From contig JANNBB010000026.1 in the NCBI GenBank assembly GCA_031385005.1, forward strand, positions 151,478-215,477: a stretch of DNA of 64,000 nucleotides. Reading direction: 5' to 3'. The position numbers and the translations under genes were made by a program. The DNA is from Bacteroidota bacterium (GTDB lineage Bacteria > Bacteroidota > Bacteroidia > AKYH767-A > 2013-40CM-41-45). The notes under the pieces are model-generated. The model made no database searches and had not been told where the DNA came from. It saw only the letters and a program-made list of their open reading frames with translations. Position 1 is the stretch's first letter. Every line of letters starts with the position of its first letter. Shown piece after piece: positions 58,987 through 64,000 of this stretch.

Positions 58987-59517
58987 CTAATTTTTCAAAA
59001 TCCTCAAATACTCCTTCCATGGGCCAACTTCCTCTCTATATTGATGTGCCATGACTCTAGCAATTTGTGATAAATGATCCAAATCGTGTACTACCCAGGT
59101 TGCGAGCAGGTTTTTCAAAATGACCTCACCAAAAGCAGGATGAATAGCAGTACGGTTTAAATCGGCAACCTGAATGTTTCGGCTTTTCAGTTTCCTGATA
59201 TTTTCCATTCTAAGTTGACTAAATTCCTCAATAATTTCCTGTAATGATTTTCCGACACTTTCCTGAAATTGCGCAAAACGATCAAAGGATGTAAATTTTC
59301 TCACAGCATTTTCAGAAAGAATAATATCCAATCTCTGTATCCAATCCGCTCGTTCTCCATGAACCAAATGACCAACAATATCGTAGGGCGACCAACTCTC
59401 TCCTCCTTCATTATTGCCGGTCCACTCCGGTGAAAGTCCATTTAACAATTTACTCAAAACCTCCGGCGTACGCTCCAATATTTCTATTGAATGATTGATG
59501 CTAAATTCAAGTTTCAT
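58987..59517 (-). CDS. DinB_2 family protein
   Basis: 176 aa. The W.P.DIVGHLVHGERADW and VVHDLDHLSQI motifs are typical of DinB_2 (DinB/YfiT-like). Confidence 0.6.
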   Translation of the reverse strand: MKLEFSINHSIEILERTPEVLSKLLNGLSPEWTGNNEGGESWSPYDIVGHLVHGERADWIQRLDIILSENAVRKFTSFDRFAQFQESVGKSLQEIIEEFSQLRMENIRKLKSRNIQVADLNRTAIHPAFGEVILKNLLATWVVHDLDHLSQIARVMAHQYREEVGPWKEYLRILKN

Positions 59518-59583
59518 TGGTTATAGTATTTAACATTGAAGATGACTTTTTAGATAATAACTATCATAGAACAATAATATCCA

Positions 59584-61509
59584 TCAATAATCTCCTCCAA
59601 TTGGTCTTTCATTCAATTTGTCCTCGCCGGGAAAGAGTGGCAATTGCGATGGTTTAGAAGTAAGATAAGTTGTATCCGTTAACGATTTTAAAAAAGATAT
59701 AAGTTGAAATTTTTCCGTTGGAGTCAGAAGTAATGAGTCGCTGCTTAAGGTTTGTAAAGGAACCTTATAACCCAAACCGGATCCGCCACCCACATCATAG
59801 AATTCAATCACCTCTTCCAATGTTTTGAAAACACCATTGTGCATATAAGGTCCTGTTACCTCTATATTACGTAAGGTAGGAGTTTTAAATGCATGTCGGA
59901 ATATGGGTACATCAATTACACCGGCACGTCCGATATCCGGATCGAGTTTTGGTTTATATCCTTGCTTTAGTTCAGGTACACCGATAATTTCCCATTCTGT
60001 TTCCACATAATCCGGAGGCATTAACCCATTAAATAAAGGTATGAAATGACAGGAAGCACAGTTTCCTTTGCCCATGTAAATATTAAATCCTTCCTTTTCA
60101 TCAGCGGTTAGTAAATCTTCCCTCCCACTAATTGTTTTATCGAACCTGGAATTCATACCAACAATTGAACGCTCATATTCAGCAATCGAAGTTAGAATAG
60201 AACGATTGGAAATAATTGTATCCTCTGTTCCAACATAGGCATTCCTAAAGAGTCGGACATATTCGGGCGATGTACGTAATTTCAAAGCAACCTGACTGAA
60301 ATCATTATGCATTTCGAGAGCATTGCTCATAACCTGCCCGGCCTGATCTTCAAAAGTAAATGCCCTCCCATCATGAAAAAGCTTTCGCTGAAAAACAGCG
60401 TTCACAATAGTAGGCGCATTTCGGGTTAAAAATTTACCTGGTTCGAAAGCCTGGCTCTTCGGTAATCCATCGGAGAATCCTTTATCCGGTTGGTGACAAG
60501 AAGCACATGCCCTCAGATTATTAGCTGATAAAACCGGATCAAAAAACAATATTTTTCCCAATTCGACAATACGTTCTTTATCAGACAACCTTTTTGCAGG
60601 TAAAAAATAATTGGAATTAAATGCATGCGGGTCGAAAACAGAACGGTTATGGAAGTTTATTGCAGTAGTATTCATTGTTTCCTCCCGTACAAAATAATCA
60701 CGAAAAGAAACCAACTTTTCACTTACCGGAATATAATATTGCATATAAAATTTAAAGTAATCAGGATCCTCCCCTGCTTTAACTTCATTCAAATATGCTA
60801 CGGCATTATTAATTGAAATAAATAGTTCTTCTTTTACATCTACTTGTTTTCCTTCAGCTAAAGGATAAGCTTCCAATAAAATTTTTTCATAAGAAATCAA
60901 CAGGGCCTTCGACTCCTGAACACCGGTACGACTTTCCGCTGTCTCGAAATTGGCAAAACCAAGCATAAACTGTCTGATCAAATGCATTTGCATAGCATCA
61001 AAGACATCCCGATCGTGAATTTCCATTGATTCAATAGATTGATTAATATTTCTTAATAAACTATAAATATTATCGATCTCACTAATAATTCTCTTTCTAA
61101 AAAAACGAACACTATCACTATAAAGCATTGATTCGATATACTGAAAACCATGCGGCTCTACATAATTGGTGATTTCATCGTCCTCTGCCATTTCTAATAT
61201 AATCGGGCGATTGATGAATCGTGCATCACCGGGAAAAAATGCAATCACAAAGGGCTCTATAGACTTATATTCTACTCGTGCTTTAGAAAGATAGATTTTA
61301 GCAGAGTCAAGGGAAGATGGGGATTTCTTGAGATTTGAAGTGAGATTTTCTAGGGTAAAGTTGATTTTTTGGATTTCGCGGGAATAAATTCTTTTAAAAC
61401 CAAAACCCAAATCAACTTCAAGATTCAATTTATTTAAAAAAAAAGAAGATAAAATAAAATAAAATAGTACTAAAAAAGAAAATTTCAAAAGTGTTTTAAA
61501 ATAAATCAT
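59584..61509 (-). CDS. Di-haem cytochrome c peroxidase (CCP/MauG family) with a ~300-aa N-terminal extension
   Basis: 641 aa. The C-terminal ~330 aa carry two CxxCH haem-binding motifs (CASCHQ and CASCHF) in CCP-like spacing. The N-terminal 300 aa (signal/TM then a helical region) have no assignable family. The gene overlaps (ATGA) the upstream 509-aa gene. Confidence 0.75.
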   Translation of the reverse strand: MIYFKTLLKFSFLVLFYFILSSFFLNKLNLEVDLGFGFKRIYSREIQKINFTLENLTSNLKKSPSSLDSAKIYLSKARVEYKSIEPFVIAFFPGDARFINRPIILEMAEDDEITNYVEPHGFQYIESMLYSDSVRFFRKRIISEIDNIYSLLRNINQSIESMEIHDRDVFDAMQMHLIRQFMLGFANFETAESRTGVQESKALLISYEKILLEAYPLAEGKQVDVKEELFISINNAVAYLNEVKAGEDPDYFKFYMQYYIPVSEKLVSFRDYFVREETMNTTAINFHNRSVFDPHAFNSNYFLPAKRLSDKERIVELGKILFFDPVLSANNLRACASCHQPDKGFSDGLPKSQAFEPGKFLTRNAPTIVNAVFQRKLFHDGRAFTFEDQAGQVMSNALEMHNDFSQVALKLRTSPEYVRLFRNAYVGTEDTIISNRSILTSIAEYERSIVGMNSRFDKTISGREDLLTADEKEGFNIYMGKGNCASCHFIPLFNGLMPPDYVETEWEIIGVPELKQGYKPKLDPDIGRAGVIDVPIFRHAFKTPTLRNIEVTGPYMHNGVFKTLEEVIEFYDVGGGSGLGYKVPLQTLSSDSLLLTPTEKFQLISFLKSLTDTTYLTSKPSQLPLFPGEDKLNERPIGGDY

Positions 61510-63035
61510 TTTTGTAACCTTTTATTAATTTTCATTTGAATTGCTTTTTTATGATTATAGTTATCGAAATTCATTATAGATATAAACCACTCATCAAAAG
61601 GTATCATCTCAGGACTTTTTATGTTCCAACTAAATAGTAAATTTCCGTCCTTCAATTTACTGAATTCGGATGATCTAATCTCATAAACAGTCTTAAAATT
61701 AAAACTTTCATGTACTAAACTAGTAAATATTTTTAAAATTAACTTAGATCTTTCATAAAAAGCACCTTGACCTTTCACCTTGCTCATGTACTTTCTCATA
61801 CTTTCAATACTATTTTCTGCCAATATTAACTTATTTGTTACAATATAGTTCATAACTGTAAATATCCTAATACCAATGTTCCAACCATCCTTATCAGTAT
61901 CTAAATGCTTACAGTTTTTTAGATACAAAGTTGTTTGAACATAATTCATATTTATAAAATTAATTACCGCTGCAAAAAACATAAATTTAGCCTTTAAATA
62001 TTTAGAAATAATTACATTATCTATTTTTGCAAATATTTTATTCATACAATTCATTGAATCTTTTAATTCCCCACTAAAATAATAATTATAGAACTTCATC
62101 TCTGTAACAAGAAGCTCATTAAAATCATTACGAGTAGGGGATTTTGCAATTTTATCCAAATAATAAAGTGATTTATTAAAATTTAAAAGCATTGTTTCAC
62201 ACTCAGCTATGTTCAAAAGACATGTTGCGAAATAACTATTAAAAACAAAATTTTTATTGCGCTGTAAGTATTGAAATAATTTTTTGAAATTGTTAAGACA
62301 GGAAAAGTAATCTCCTGAATTATAATATTGAACGCCTTTTAAATTAAACAAATTAATTTTGATACTTTTAGATTTAGTTCGCTCATAATCATTGCCTACC
62401 TTTTTAATAGCGTTTTTCAAACTTAATCCATCCAAAACCTTTTGTCTAAAATCAAAATTTGAACTATAGAGCCTTATTAAATATTGTGAATATTTTAATG
62501 CAATGTTACATTCATTATAATACTGAATGCTCTTAAATACTTTATTGTATTCACTAATTCCTTGCCTTAAAGACATTTTGACTAGTTTCTTTTCCAGTGC
62601 AATAATTAAATAATCGTAGTATTCAACTTTAATAGATAGTCGAATTGCTTGATTTAAAACAAGCAATGCATATTTTGTTATTCCTCGATAAGCTAAAGCA
62701 TCATACAACAAAATCTTCTTTCGAATTAATAACACTTGTTTGCTTTTCAAATCAAAAAGTTCATTATTAAACATTAATTCATTTGAAATCAAACCCTCAA
62801 AAACCTTTTCGGTTAATCTTTGAAGCAGCTTCCGTAGAGTATCTGTGCTAATATCATTCTTAAATAAATTAAATTGAATTGAGCTTCCATTTTCAACAAT
62901 CGCTTCAAATAGCGTTCTGGATAATTTGTCAACTTTATCATTTGAGCGCTTATAAAATATTTGTTTGCGAAGTATCTTTATTTCAATTTCTGTAAGTTTT
63001 GAAAAAACCGTACATAATCTTTCAAATTCCATCAT
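61506..63035 (-). CDS. Hypothetical 509-aa K/N/Y-rich cytoplasmic protein, operonic with the CCP-like gene
   Basis: No signal peptide and no recognisable domain, in a low-GC region. A paralogue lies at 63524..>64000. Confidence 0.5.
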   Translation of the reverse strand: MMEFERLCTVFSKLTEIEIKILRKQIFYKRSNDKVDKLSRTLFEAIVENGSSIQFNLFKNDISTDTLRKLLQRLTEKVFEGLISNELMFNNELFDLKSKQVLLIRKKILLYDALAYRGITKYALLVLNQAIRLSIKVEYYDYLIIALEKKLVKMSLRQGISEYNKVFKSIQYYNECNIALKYSQYLIRLYSSNFDFRQKVLDGLSLKNAIKKVGNDYERTKSKSIKINLFNLKGVQYYNSGDYFSCLNNFKKLFQYLQRNKNFVFNSYFATCLLNIAECETMLLNFNKSLYYLDKIAKSPTRNDFNELLVTEMKFYNYYFSGELKDSMNCMNKIFAKIDNVIISKYLKAKFMFFAAVINFINMNYVQTTLYLKNCKHLDTDKDGWNIGIRIFTVMNYIVTNKLILAENSIESMRKYMSKVKGQGAFYERSKLILKIFTSLVHESFNFKTVYEIRSSEFSKLKDGNLLFSWNIKSPEMIPFDEWFISIMNFDNYNHKKAIQMKINKRLQK

Positions 63036-63172
63036 ATCTTAATAAATTATATTTAATAATTTAAACATATTTTTTTGAAATAACACTACAAATTTTGTGT
63101 CCCTTTTTGGTTAATAATTTCCATTGAGGACAGTTGCTTAACAAATATATTTGTAAAAATAAAAATAATAAA

Positions 63173-63487
63173 ATGGAATCAAAATTCAAAGTAAACGATA
63201 TTCTTTTTAGTCTTGGTAGCACTTTGCGACTATTAAGAATGAACAAAGGATTTAAATCTGCTGAAATATTCAGTTATGAGCATGACTTAAATAGAACAGC
63301 TTATTGGAGGTGGGAGAATGGAGAAAATATAACAATGAAAAATTTTTTAAAATTATGTGAAATCCACAATATTTCACCCAAAGAATTATTTGAATTACTG
63401 GAGGCAAAATACAATTCCCCAGCTAAACAAAATTTACTAAATGAACCCGGCAGCGTAGCATTAAAACATCGAAAAATTAAAATTTAG
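63173..63487 (+). CDS. XRE-family helix-turn-helix transcriptional regulator
   Basis: MESKFKVNDILFSLGSTLRLLRMNKGFKSAEIFSYEHDLNRTAYWRWENGENITMKNFLKLCEIHNISPKELFELLE is a Cro/C1-type HTH. The track ORF starts earlier at 63134, but ATG 63173 is the more likely start. Confidence 0.6.
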   Translation: MESKFKVNDILFSLGSTLRLLRMNKGFKSAEIFSYEHDLNRTAYWRWENGENITMKNFLKLCEIHNISPKELFELLEAKYNSPAKQNLLNEPGSVALKHRKIKI

Positions 63488-63523
63488 TCAAATAAATTGA
63501 AAAATTAAATGACTCAAACTAAA

Positions 63524-64000
63524 TTATTTTAGCATTTTCTGGTCAAACCAATAATTAAAATTTATTAGCTCAGGGGATTTAATTTCCCATTTCAAATCAA
63601 TATCGCTTGACAATAACATTTTAAAATATTTCTCCTTTTTCTTATAAACCATTTTAAAGTTGTAATTTGATCTAACCAATGCAAATAAAACTTTAAGGAT
63701 AATTAAATATCTTTTTTTAACTATCCCTCCTCTTGAAATTCTCTTTACATATTTTTCTAGATTTTGCATTTGAAAATCTAGAGATTCGAACTCATTTAGT
63801 TCAATCCTATTAAATATTTCTAAAATCCGTTTATTTATATTCCATCCTTGCCTGTCTCTTTCTATTTCATTTGATTCATTAAGATTCGCAATTGAGCTAA
63901 CATAGTCTTTATTAACATAATCTATACAGGCTTTAAAATAATAGAATTTACTTTTAATTATTTCACTATCAATTTTTTTATGATTAATATTTAAAAGCGA
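63524..64000 (-). CDS. Partial (5'-truncated by the window edge) paralogue of the 509-aa protein
   Basis: Hand-translated: ...DRQGWNINKRILEIFNRIELNEFESLDFQMQNLEKYVKRI...NYNFKMVYKKKEKYF...WEIKSPELINFNYWFDQKMLK. It aligns with ...KDGWNIGIRIFTVMNY...SFNFKTVYEIRSSEF...WNIKSPEMIPFDEWFISIMNF of ORF 61506..63035. The frame is open to position 64000. Confidence 0.5.
   Translation of the reverse strand, partial: SLLNINHKKIDSEIIKSKFYYFKACIDYVNKDYVSSIANLNESNEIERDRQGWNINKRILEIFNRIELNEFESLDFQMQNLEKYVKRISRGGIVKKRYLIILKVLFALVRSNYNFKMVYKKKEKYFKMLLSSDIDLKWEIKSPELINFNYWFDQKMLK

Noticed and set aside
1-64000. Transposases, integrases, phage genes, restriction-modification or known defence systems
   Set aside because: None of the ORFs resemble these families by eye. 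Evidence for horizontal acquisition is only compositional, from the low-GC 3' end of the window.

Overview
This 64-kb window looks like a Bacteroidetes chromosome segment, probably Sphingobacteriia, Chitinophagia or Saprospiria-like. The evidence is T9SS type-A C-terminal sorting domains, SprB-type repeats, a GEVED domain, a DUF5916/CBM9-like protein, and sucC and sucD encoded at separate loci. All annotation is by eye from the six-frame translations; no searches were run.

The window interleaves housekeeping genes with five large secreted or surface proteins, including two giants of 2544 and 5044 aa. The housekeeping genes are sucC, a biotin carboxylase (accC-like), sucD, fabG, mnmE, mgtE, two tRNA-Leu genes, an S9 peptidase, an M16 peptidase, an acyltransferase, two DinB-family and two DUF1801 proteins, and VOC proteins.

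The most notable observation is a non-canonical C-terminal module of about 190-210 aa. It has a beta-rich region followed by two dockerin-like D-x-[DN]-x-D-G calcium-binding repeats. It is shared by both giants and a 523-aa secreted protein, whereas two other secreted proteins in the window carry the canonical type-A T9SS C-terminal domain plus a shared pre-CTD module.

Other notable items:
- A nest of at least four short tandem-repeat families with a GCTCAGC/GCTGAGC core lies upstream of a small GIY-YIG nuclease gene.
- A 12-bp perfect palindrome (ACAGTGCACTGT, three copies) and a (GAGACA)n/(GTGACA)n microsatellite flank the tRNA-Leu pair, which has an unusually long 3' trailer.
- A VOC-family gene fragment is fused to an in-frame 12-nt tandem repeat.
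- The 3' end is a low-GC island with an XRE regulator, two tandem paralogous ~500-aa unknown proteins, and a di-haem cytochrome c peroxidase with a ~300-aa N-terminal extension.

No CRISPR array, transposase or integrase was seen.
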